Source: an uncultured Desulfospira sp.
Lineage (GTDB): Bacteria; Desulfobacterota; Desulfobacteria; Desulfobacterales; Desulfobacteraceae
NCBI GenBank assembly: GCA_963664655.2
Contig: OY761554.1
Span: forward strand, 157,901 to 181,900
DNA: 24,000 bases
Direction of reading: 5' to 3'
Shown here one piece after another: positions 16,109-23,304 of this stretch. Below the pieces are notes generated by a model that saw only the letters and a program-made list of their open reading frames with translations, made no database searches and was not told the origin of the DNA. The position numbers were made by a program, and so were the translations under genes. Position 1 is the first letter of the stretch. Every line of letters begins with the position of its first letter.

Positions 16109-17086
16109 TCAGTCCATCAGATGCGCCGGGATATCAGCTCCTTTTTCCTGGAAATATTTAACGGCCCCCGGGTGAATGGGGGAGGTGGCGTACTTGAGGG
16201 TCATCTCTATGAAGTCGGCGCCGGCCACACTGCTCATGGCTGTACCCTGGACACTCTTGTCTTCGCAGATGGCTTTGACGATATTGTATGCGGTCTGGTC
16301 ATCCAGATTCAGGCCCGCACTGCAGGCAACGGCAAATCCCCAGGTGGTGTAGGCGCCGATCCCCGGCCCTGCACCGGCCGGTACGTCCACAATGGAGACC
16401 TCGGGAAGGTTTTTGCGGATGACATCGGACTGGTCACCGGTCAATGACAGAATGGAAATGGGGGTAAAGGTTGAGATATCCCGGGAGGAGGCATCCAGTT
16501 TCATCCCGGAGCCGGACTTCACATACCCTTTGATGTTGTTGTCTTTGACGGCGGTCACAATATCCGTGGTCGATCCCCGGACATAATCGGGCTGAATGTC
16601 CAGAACATTGAACACGGCTTCGCTGGTTTTTTCCGTTGCCGATCCTTTTAACCCCGGGTTGAACCGCTGCCCCTTGAGGCCGGCCAGGCTGGTGATGCCG
16701 GAATCTTTCCGGACAATGGCGTTCTGGGGGGCAATCACATAGACCCAGAGCAGTTTGGATTTGACCGGATTTTCCTTGAACTGCCCCTTGCCGGCATAGG
16801 CCTGGGACAATACATTGGTGGTGACCAGGCCGATATCGATCTGGTTTCTGGCAAACCTGCGCAAATTGTCAACCGTGGCCCCGGTCTCCACAACGGATGT
16901 AGACAGGTTCGGCACCATTGCATTGATTACCTGGGATACGGCCACAAAATACCCGTAATGGCTGGATGACGCAGACGTCGATCCGATGAGCAGTTTCTGG
17001 GAAGCCGCCAAAGATGCCCCCCCCTGAAACGCAAAAAACAACACACCCACAAAAACCCATCCCATCCGTTTAAATCTGAAGTTCAT
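16109..17086 (-). CDS. TAXI-family TRAP transporter solute-binding receptor
   Basis: The track ORF runs to 17155, but the ATG at 17086 is preceded by aaggaggg and begins a signal peptide, MNFRFKRMGWVFVGVLFFAFQGGASLAA. The body (LLIGSTSASSSHYGYFVAVSQVIN...VETGATVDNL) resembles TAXI/NMT1-like receptors. Confidence 0.85.
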   Translation of the reverse strand: MNFRFKRMGWVFVGVLFFAFQGGASLAASQKLLIGSTSASSSHYGYFVAVSQVINAMVPNLSTSVVETGATVDNLRRFARNQIDIGLVTTNVLSQAYAGKGQFKENPVKSKLLWVYVIAPQNAIVRKDSGITSLAGLKGQRFNPGLKGSATEKTSEAVFNVLDIQPDYVRGSTTDIVTAVKDNNIKGYVKSGSGMKLDASSRDISTFTPISILSLTGDQSDVIRKNLPEVSIVDVPAGAGPGIGAYTTWGFAVACSAGLNLDDQTAYNIVKAICEDKSVQGTAMSSVAGADFIEMTLKYATSPIHPGAVKYFQEKGADIPAHLMD

Positions 17087-17154
17087 GTCTTGCCCTCCTT
17101 TTTTAAAAAACGCTGTTGGTGTTATATGGGTGCCGCCAAGTTCCATCTCAAACA

Positions 17155-17928
17155 CTAATTAGGCTGATATCCCATCAGCCCTGAGATGGTTCGTGCCGCA
17201 TCCAGAATTTTTTCAGAGAACTCATTGAACGCTGACCGCTCGGGGCGCCGGGCGGTTGTCCAGGCCACGTTTACCGCCGCAAACGCTTCGCCTCTATGGT
17301 TGAATATGGGGGCGGCAACGGCCCGAAGGCCTTTTTCCAGCTCTTCATCGTTGATGGCGAACCCCCGGTTACGAATGGTTTCAAGTTCCTGCTTCAACAT
17401 CTTTTCCGATACAATGGTCTGGTCTGTTTTGGGGATAAAATCAATTTTCCTCAGAATCTCGTCCAGGCTCTCCGGCGGAAGAAATGCCAGAATGGCCTTG
17501 CCCATGCTCGCGCAGTACACGGGAAGCCGGTCCCCGACATTGACGTTGATGTTCACCAGGTAGTCGGACATGATCCGTTCCACATAAAGGATCTGAGTCC
17601 CGCTCAAAATGGTGAGGTTGATGGTTTCGCCGGTGTCTTTGCACAATTTTTTGAGGATGGGCAACGCCGCCTGGTGAAGGTTCATGTTTTTTAAAGCGGC
17701 AAGGCCCAGAGAAACCAGGCGGGAACCGAATTGATAGGTTTTCTTTCCCGGGGCGGTTTCGATCAGCCCGAGGTTGACCATGGTTTTCACCAGCCGGAAA
17801 CAGGTGGTTTTTTTAAACCCGGTCTGTTTGACGATTTCTTCAAGATTCATCTGGGTCTGGCTGCGGCTCAGGCAGTCGAGAACCAGAAAACATTTTTCAA
17901 TGGACTGAATGTGATCTTTGTCTGGCAT
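17155..17928 (-). CDS. IclR-family transcriptional regulator
   Basis: 257-aa ORF with an N-terminal wHTH (SIEKCFLVLDCLS...MNLEEIVKQTGFKKTTCFRLVKTMVNLGLI) and a C-terminal IclR effector domain (GFAINDEELEKGLRAVAAPIFNHRGEAFAAVNV). It is the first gene of the - strand operon. Confidence 0.9.
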   Translation of the reverse strand: MPDKDHIQSIEKCFLVLDCLSRSQTQMNLEEIVKQTGFKKTTCFRLVKTMVNLGLIETAPGKKTYQFGSRLVSLGLAALKNMNLHQAALPILKKLCKDTGETINLTILSGTQILYVERIMSDYLVNINVNVGDRLPVYCASMGKAILAFLPPESLDEILRKIDFIPKTDQTIVSEKMLKQELETIRNRGFAINDEELEKGLRAVAAPIFNHRGEAFAAVNVAWTTARRPERSAFNEFSEKILDAARTISGLMGYQPN

Positions 17929-17948
17929 AGGCGCTTCTTTGTAAATTT

Positions 17949-17965
17949 ATTCCGCTATGCGGAAT
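17949..17965. promoter_or_regulatory. Perfect palindrome ATTCCGC-TAT-GCGGAAT, a candidate IclR operator, with two further half-site-like copies at 17981-17987 and 17989-17995
   Basis: A 7+3+7 palindrome lies 21 nt upstream of the IclR start codon. GCCGAAT and GCGGAAC repeats follow. Assigning it to IclR is inference. Confidence 0.4.
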
Positions 17966-18035
17966 TATTTTTTTTAAAATGCCGAATTGCGGAACACGCT
18001 ATCCGGGGAATCCCGGGTTGTCAAGGAATTTTTTT

Positions 18036-18135
18036 GTGGACATGGGTGGACAGGGTGGACCAAGTGGACTTTGTGGACAGCTAAAGAGCTGTGCCGTACC
18101 GGGTCCACACGGTCCACCAGGTCCACTGTGTCCAC
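18036..18135. repeat. Array of five GTGGAC hexamers followed by four GTCCAC hexamers with 9-bp periodicity around a central acagct/agctgt dyad
   Basis: GTGGAC starts at 18036, 18046, 18055, 18064 and 18073. GTCCAC starts at 18103, 18112, 18121 and 18130. The central palindrome is at 18077-18092. Spacers are not complementary, so only the hexamers are conserved. Confidence 0.85.
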
Positions 18136-18258
18136 CATTCGATATGCAAATGGGCAAAGCTGACTAAAAACGCAATTTGCATAAAAATGAATTACATAGT
18201 ATGATCTAAACCGTCACCACAAGCCCAAGCAGAAAAGAACAAAGCAGGGGGGATACCC

Positions 18259-18651
18259 ATGACAACCAAACCCGTTTTTCTAGCGGCTGTCTGCCTGTGC
18301 TTAATATGGGCCGGGCAGGTGTCGGCCATGCAAAGCACCAACTATAAGATCACCGCTTCGGTCATGTCCTCAGGCGGGGGAACCATGACGTCGGCAAGCT
18401 TTGTTTCCAATGCGGTTCTCGGGCAGCCAAGCCCCATCGCGGATCAGGATGAAACCCCTGTGTCGGCCAGCTACGACCTGTATCCGGGATATTTGTACAC
18501 CCTGGTCTCAGGCTCTTTCTGTGGCTGGGATCTGAACCCATCTGACGGGGATGTGGACGGGCTGGATTTATATCTATTTATAGACGGCTTTGACGTAACC
18601 GAGTATATAGAAGATTTTTCAGGCGAGTTCGGCAGAACCGGCTGCCAGTAA
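18259..18651 (+). CDS. Small secreted protein with a C-terminal Cys-bracketed acidic (dockerin/EF-hand-like) module
   Basis: 130-aa ORF with RBS agggggg and signal peptide MTTKPVFLAAVCLCLIWAGQVSA. It carries STNYKI...GGG...SASF...GQP...SASYDL repeats. The C-terminus is CGWDLNPSDGDVDGLDLYLFIDGF...EFGRTGC. Confidence 0.7.
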   Translation: MTTKPVFLAAVCLCLIWAGQVSAMQSTNYKITASVMSSGGGTMTSASFVSNAVLGQPSPIADQDETPVSASYDLYPGYLYTLVSGSFCGWDLNPSDGDVDGLDLYLFIDGFDVTEYIEDFSGEFGRTGCQ

Positions 18652-18663
18652 ACCATAACATGG

Positions 18664-18817
18664 TGTACCTATTCAGCCAATGCTGAAAACTAAGCAAAAA
18701 TCAAGCTCCGTAACTGTTCATCAGTGCTTCATATTTGTTTAGTCAGGACTTCGTAGCATACTTTTGCTATGTGAGAAGGCCTGAATGAGCGAAGATGGGG
18801 CACTGCTGAACAGTTAC
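18664..18817 (-). repeat. MITE-like structured repeat, right copy (inverted relative to 888-1041)
   Basis: The reverse complement aligns with 888-1041. Its internal TIRs (gtaactgttcagcagtgc / gcactgatgaacagttac) and the ttcagc-N4-gctgaa hairpin are retained. Confidence 0.8.
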
Positions 18818-18824
18818 TAAATGG

Positions 18825-20216
18825 TCACAATACCAGTTCGGTAACAAAGTCTGCCAGGTGGTTCAAATTCATGCAGGTCCGGACCTCGTGGCAGTGCTGC
18901 TTATAGGTGTGGATTTCACTGTCCCCGGTGCCCCATAAATGGCCGGGTTCCGGGGTCAGCCAGATGATCCGGCGGCATTTTTCCCGGATCTTCTCCAGGA
19001 TATGGGCCTGGGGGTTATGCCAGTTGGACCGGCCGTCCCCCAATACAATCAGGGTGGTTTTCATGGTCAGTTCAGATCCGTAATCCCGGTAAAAATCGTG
19101 GAATACCGCCCCGTAATCGGTTCTTTCATTCAGGTTGATCCCCGGATTTTCAAACACCTGAGCCACGGCCCGGTCAATATCATTATCTTTAAACATCTCG
19201 GAAACCTCGGCAAGACCCGCCACAAACACAAAGCTTTTGATTTTGGAAAAACAGTCCTCTAAGGCGTAAAGCACCTGGAGCATAAACCTTGCCGTGGACC
19301 AGACCGATCCGGAGATATCGCACAGCGCGATGATCCGGGCCTTGGACGGGGGCCTTGTTTTATAACAAATCTCAAGGGGAACCCCCTGGAACCGGTTGGC
19401 CTTTCTGAGGGTCTTTTTGATATCAATGCCGCCCCGGTTCCGGTTTTTATACTTTAAGCCGGCCTTGTCCTTAAGCTTTCTGACCAGCCGGTCCATCAAT
19501 GCCCGGGCCTGGTCCAGCTCGGCCCCGCTCAGCCCGGAAAAGGGCGTGCCGCTGATACTGTTTACATCTGCCAAATCCCCTGAATCCTGCCTTAAGGCGA
19601 GATTCAAAGTGACAGGTTCCCGGGACAAGAGGCTTGAGGCCCGGTTGAGACGCCCCAGGGCCTGGGCCCTGGCATGGCGGATTACGGCCGCCTTGGCATC
19701 CGGCTCACCGGCTTGAAATTGAAGGACCCGTTTGCGAAAGCGGTTGATCATGAGCATGACCCCAAGCTTGGCCGAAAGCTGCCCTAAATTGGATTTAAAA
19801 TATCTGGCCTGTTTTTCCTCCCGGGTGTGAATGTCCTGAACCCTTGCCAGAAACGGTTGGGGGTCACCTTTTAAAAAATCCAGAAGATCCCGGGCCAGAC
19901 CTTCCTCTACGACCTGATCCGCCTCAGTTTCCAGTGCCCGGATCATTTGCCGGGCGGTCTGCCCTTCCAACCCCGGTCCATCGGGTTCTACCCCGCCGGC
20001 CTGGTCCTGGAAGAAAAAAATCCGGTAAACCGCCTCAAACCGGTCCCGGTGGCGGATGGTTTTTATAAAATGGGCCTGGACGACCCGCTTGAATTCGGCC
20101 TGGTCCCGGACCCGAAGACAGTCAAGGCTTTGGGCACAATCCAGGACCTCTCCCGGGGAGACCATCAGGCCGAATGAACGGCAGCAGGCGGCAAATTTGA
20201 CCAGACTGGTCAGCAC
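18825..20216 (-). CDS. VWA-domain protein (CoxE-like), partner of the MoxR ATPase
   Basis: 463-aa ORF. Its GTG start overlaps the upstream gene's stop (GTGCTGA). The MIDAS-like motif is ALCDISGSV. The overall layout resembles CoxE-type VWA proteins. Confidence 0.8.
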   Translation of the reverse strand: MLTSLVKFAACCRSFGLMVSPGEVLDCAQSLDCLRVRDQAEFKRVVQAHFIKTIRHRDRFEAVYRIFFFQDQAGGVEPDGPGLEGQTARQMIRALETEADQVVEEGLARDLLDFLKGDPQPFLARVQDIHTREEKQARYFKSNLGQLSAKLGVMLMINRFRKRVLQFQAGEPDAKAAVIRHARAQALGRLNRASSLLSREPVTLNLALRQDSGDLADVNSISGTPFSGLSGAELDQARALMDRLVRKLKDKAGLKYKNRNRGGIDIKKTLRKANRFQGVPLEICYKTRPPSKARIIALCDISGSVWSTARFMLQVLYALEDCFSKIKSFVFVAGLAEVSEMFKDNDIDRAVAQVFENPGINLNERTDYGAVFHDFYRDYGSELTMKTTLIVLGDGRSNWHNPQAHILEKIREKCRRIIWLTPEPGHLWGTGDSEIHTYKQHCHEVRTCMNLNHLADFVTELVL

Positions 20217-21142
20217 GGCTCCGGGTCCCGGCGGTCCTTTAAAAGCCGTTCCAGGTTCTGCCGGACCGCTGTTAAGTCGGACTGGTATTTTAAGACCAGG
20301 TTCAGGGTCTGCCCCGCGGTTTCGGCGGTCAGTTCGGTGATCTCCAACGCGGCCAGGGCCTGTGCCCAGTCAATGGTTTCAGAAATGCAGGGCTGTTTTT
20401 TAAGGTCCATCTCCCGGATCCGGTGCATGGTGTCCACCAGCTGGTCCAGAAGGCGCAAGTCAATGCCGGGCAGCCGGGTTTTAACGATCTGCTTTTCCCT
20501 TTGGGCCGGGGGATAATCAATGTAAAGGTGGATACACCGCCGTTTCAAGGCATCGCTCATGTCCCGGTAATTGTTGGAGGTTAAAAACACCAGGGGGACC
20601 GTCACCGGGCGGCGGGTTCCGATTTCAGGGATGGTCACGGTAAAATCGCTGAGCAGTTCCAGCAAAAAGGCCTCAAATTCCGGGTCTGACTTGTCCACTT
20701 CATCCACGAGCAGCACCACGGGATCAGGGGCCAGGATGGCCTTTAACAGGGGGCGTGGCTGAATAAACCGCTCTGAAAAAAACGCATCTTCCTGGGCCGC
20801 GATCCGCTCCACGGCGCCGGACAGGTCCGGGGCTCCCTCAATCACCGTGTTGATCCGCTCCTTGACCATCTGGGTATAGAGCAGCTGTTTGGCATATTCC
20901 CATTCATAAAGGGCTTTGGCCTCGTCCAGTCCCTCGTAGCACTGAAGCCTTACCAGCTGCCGGTCAAGGCACTGGGCCACGGCCTTGGCCAGCTGGGTTT
21001 TTCCCACCCCGGCAGGGCCTTCCACCAGCACGGGCTTCCGGGTGGCCAGGGCCAAAAACACCACGGTGGAAATTTCCCGGGACGGGATATACCGGGCCGC
21101 GGTCAGCTGCCTTTCAACATCTTCAACACTTTTAAATTCCAT
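20210..21142 (-). CDS. MoxR-family AAA+ ATPase (CoxD-like)
   Basis: Walker A is GPAGVGKT and Walker B is VLLVDEVDK. The track ORF extends to 21280, but the ATG at 21142 is preceded by agggagggg and gives MEFKSVEDVERQL, a typical MoxR N-terminus. Confidence 0.85.
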   Translation of the reverse strand: MEFKSVEDVERQLTAARYIPSREISTVVFLALATRKPVLVEGPAGVGKTQLAKAVAQCLDRQLVRLQCYEGLDEAKALYEWEYAKQLLYTQMVKERINTVIEGAPDLSGAVERIAAQEDAFFSERFIQPRPLLKAILAPDPVVLLVDEVDKSDPEFEAFLLELLSDFTVTIPEIGTRRPVTVPLVFLTSNNYRDMSDALKRRCIHLYIDYPPAQREKQIVKTRLPGIDLRLLDQLVDTMHRIREMDLKKQPCISETIDWAQALAALEITELTAETAGQTLNLVLKYQSDLTAVRQNLERLLKDRRDPEPC

Positions 21143-21301
21143 TTGCCCCTCCCTGGTGTCCGCCGTGATAACCATAACCCTTTTCCGGCTGAATTTAGGT
21201 ACCATGCCGCCGGGATTTTCACAATGTATAGACCTTAGATTTGAGACATTGGACTTTAGACCGAAGAACCCCACGGGCACCGCAAAGCTAACGTCTAAAG
21301 T

Positions 21302-22027
21302 CTAGTGTCTATTTTTTTGAAGGCCAGGCAGCATCCGCTGTTCAAGTTTTTGACGCTGGGCCTCGAAATCATGTTCCCCTTCCCGGCAAAGAGGGATGGG
21401 ATCTGAGAAATAAAGCCTGACTCTGGCAAAAGGTTTGGGCAGCATAAACCGGTCCCAGGAATTGAAAAACCAGGCCTTGTCCGCATCCGTAAAAAAAGGA
21501 ACCAGCACGGCATGGGTTTCCAGCCCCATTTTGATAATGCCGGGTTTGACTTTGCCCATGGGGCCGGTGGGGCCGTCCAGTATATGGGCACCGAACCGGT
21601 GGGTGATCAGGTGGTGGATCATTTCCCCCATGGCCTCTTTGCCGCCCCTTGAGGAAGATCCCCGCGGGGTATGCCATCCGGTCCGGTTGGCCACCCCGGC
21701 AATCAGATCCCCGTCCTGGCTCTTTGAAATCATCAGTCCCGGATTATACCGGGCATAGGTTTTAAAATGGCGGATGGCTGAAAAAAACTGCTGGTGCCAG
21801 GTCACCAGAATGACCACCCGGTTTTTATTAAACATGGCCTGCCAGGCCTTCTCATTTTCAACCGTCAGCCTGAAGGTCGCCGAATAAGTGCGGATCAGAT
21901 AATAGGCAAACAGAATAAAGGGCCGGGTATAGATAATAAACTTGAGTCGTTTGAATATTTTCAAGACAGGTTCCTTTGGTTGATAAAGTTGGGACTCTAT
22001 CAGACATATATTGATTATCCAACCCAT
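21302..22027 (-). CDS. DUF374-like protein (lysophospholipid acyltransferase-like superfamily)
   Basis: 241-aa ORF. VTWHQQFF...ISKSQDGDLIAGV...RGSSSRGGKEA matches my recollection of the DUF374 signature. No clear RBS precedes 22027, and a TTG start about 19 codons downstream (after aaaggaa) is possible. Confidence 0.65.
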   Translation of the reverse strand: MGWIINICLIESQLYQPKEPVLKIFKRLKFIIYTRPFILFAYYLIRTYSATFRLTVENEKAWQAMFNKNRVVILVTWHQQFFSAIRHFKTYARYNPGLMISKSQDGDLIAGVANRTGWHTPRGSSSRGGKEAMGEMIHHLITHRFGAHILDGPTGPMGKVKPGIIKMGLETHAVLVPFFTDADKAWFFNSWDRFMLPKPFARVRLYFSDPIPLCREGEHDFEAQRQKLEQRMLPGLQKNRH

Positions 22028-22084
22028 ATTTTAATATGATAAACCGTATTGATTACTTTCTAACCAAACAAATCGGGAGACAAC

Positions 22085-22393
22085 ATGGCACAGATTTTTT
22101 CAGAGCCGGGAAAAGGGCCGCACGAACTCATCAAAGAAAAAATAGAAGATTCTGAATTAACCTTCCAGCAGGCAAAGGATGCCGCCAAACAGATAGCCCT
22201 GACAACATGCAGCAACTGCATGATCCTTTCCTGGAAAAACGGCAAAACAGGGGAGTTCTATCCCAAACGCGAATGCGGCACCCAAGACAAGCCGGCCTGG
22301 ATTTATTATGCCGAAACCAGAGGGGCCAACCTGACCATTGATATCAATGACGGGGAGTATATTTTCATGATTTTGAAAATGGAAGATTTTTAA
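22085..22393 (+). CDS. Hypothetical small cytoplasmic protein
   Basis: 102-aa ORF with RBS gggag and no overlapping better ORF. No family recognised. Confidence 0.5.
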   Translation: MAQIFSEPGKGPHELIKEKIEDSELTFQQAKDAAKQIALTTCSNCMILSWKNGKTGEFYPKRECGTQDKPAWIYYAETRGANLTIDINDGEYIFMILKMEDF

Positions 22394-22626
22394 AAGGCCA
22401 TGACCATGCCCCGGGACCGGAAAATATTTCCCGGCAGCCATGGTAAAATTTGCTGTTTATGCTTAACCCTTGGCACGGATAGCATGGCATAACCCCCCTT
22501 AAAACATGGATATCCGTTAAATGGGGCAACGGGTACGAAACTTGCTGTGATCTGTTGGTGGACGATCAGTTGACCAAAGATCTATTTTAAGATCCGTTAT
22601 TAACCCCATAAAAGGATAAACAGATC

Positions 22627-23265
22627 ATGACATCCATCATCAGCTCCTATAACAGCCTTTACTCTTCAAGCTCATCAAATCTTTCAAGCCTGCTGTCAAG
22701 CGCTGCTGATTCCACCGGCGACGGCACGGCCACAACCACTACCGCGGCCACGGATACCGTAACCATATCAGCCGCCGCCTTAAGTGCCATTGACCGGGAC
22801 GCCCTTGGCCTGCCCGCGACCGGGGCACTGTCCCTGTCCGACTTTGAAACCGCCATTGCGGACCAGGAAGAAACCGTGAACACCCTTTTGGCGTCCACTA
22901 TGGAAGAACTCGGCATTGATACGGACCAGGAGGTCTCCCTGACCCTGGCCAGTGACGGCTCCATTGTCATTGAAAACAGCTTTGACGGAAGTGATGAACT
23001 CCAAGAGGCCTTAAACAGCAACAGTGATTTTACAGATGCCTTTACCGGATTGACGGCCAACAACGAAATCCTCAACTTCAAAGACTACCTTTTGAACAAG
23101 TCCACAAGCCTTGCCGATTACATGGACAATGACGAGGAAGTTGATCTGCTTTCCCTGGCTGCCAAAAGCGATTTGATCAAAGCGGCCGGCACCTCTCTGT
23201 CAGCTTTGTGGAGCATCAGCCGCTCAGAAACGGAATACACGTATACCTACGAGTACAGCGGTTGA
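22627..23265 (+). CDS. Hypothetical acidic Ser/Thr/Asp-rich protein
   Basis: 212-aa ORF with RBS aagga. It has a low-complexity N-terminus (SSYNSLYSSSSSNLSSLLSS, TATTTTAATDTVTISAAAL), no Lys/Arg-rich signal peptide, and ends TEYTYTYEYSG. Confidence 0.55.
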   Translation: MTSIISSYNSLYSSSSSNLSSLLSSAADSTGDGTATTTTAATDTVTISAAALSAIDRDALGLPATGALSLSDFETAIADQEETVNTLLASTMEELGIDTDQEVSLTLASDGSIVIENSFDGSDELQEALNSNSDFTDAFTGLTANNEILNFKDYLLNKSTSLADYMDNDEEVDLLSLAAKSDLIKAAGTSLSALWSISRSETEYTYTYEYSG

Positions 23266-23304
23266 TCCTTTATATAAATTTATTTTATCCATAAAGGTAC
23301 CACA

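Noticed and set aside
18036-18135. Interpreting the hexamer array as a DnaA-box cluster or replication origin.
   Set aside because: Only the TGTGGA/TCCACA core (6 of 9 positions) matches, and only in some copies. There are no dnaA/dnaN/gyrB neighbours and no marked AT-rich unwinding element. It is kept only as a minor alternative in the finding.
17979-18167. 62-aa ORF with collagen-like GGQGGPSG...GPHGPPGP translation.
   Set aside because: It is an artefact of the 9-bp (3-codon) periodicity of the GTGGAC/GTCCAC array. It has no RBS, and the symmetric inverted arrangement is a DNA-level feature.
22471-22486. TTGGCACGGATAGCAT upstream of the acidic protein gene as a sigma-54 promoter; likewise TGGTAAAATTTGC at 22441-22453.
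   Set aside because: The GG and GC dinucleotides are separated by 8 nt rather than the canonical 10 (TGGCAC-N5-TTGC). The elements are therefore out of register.
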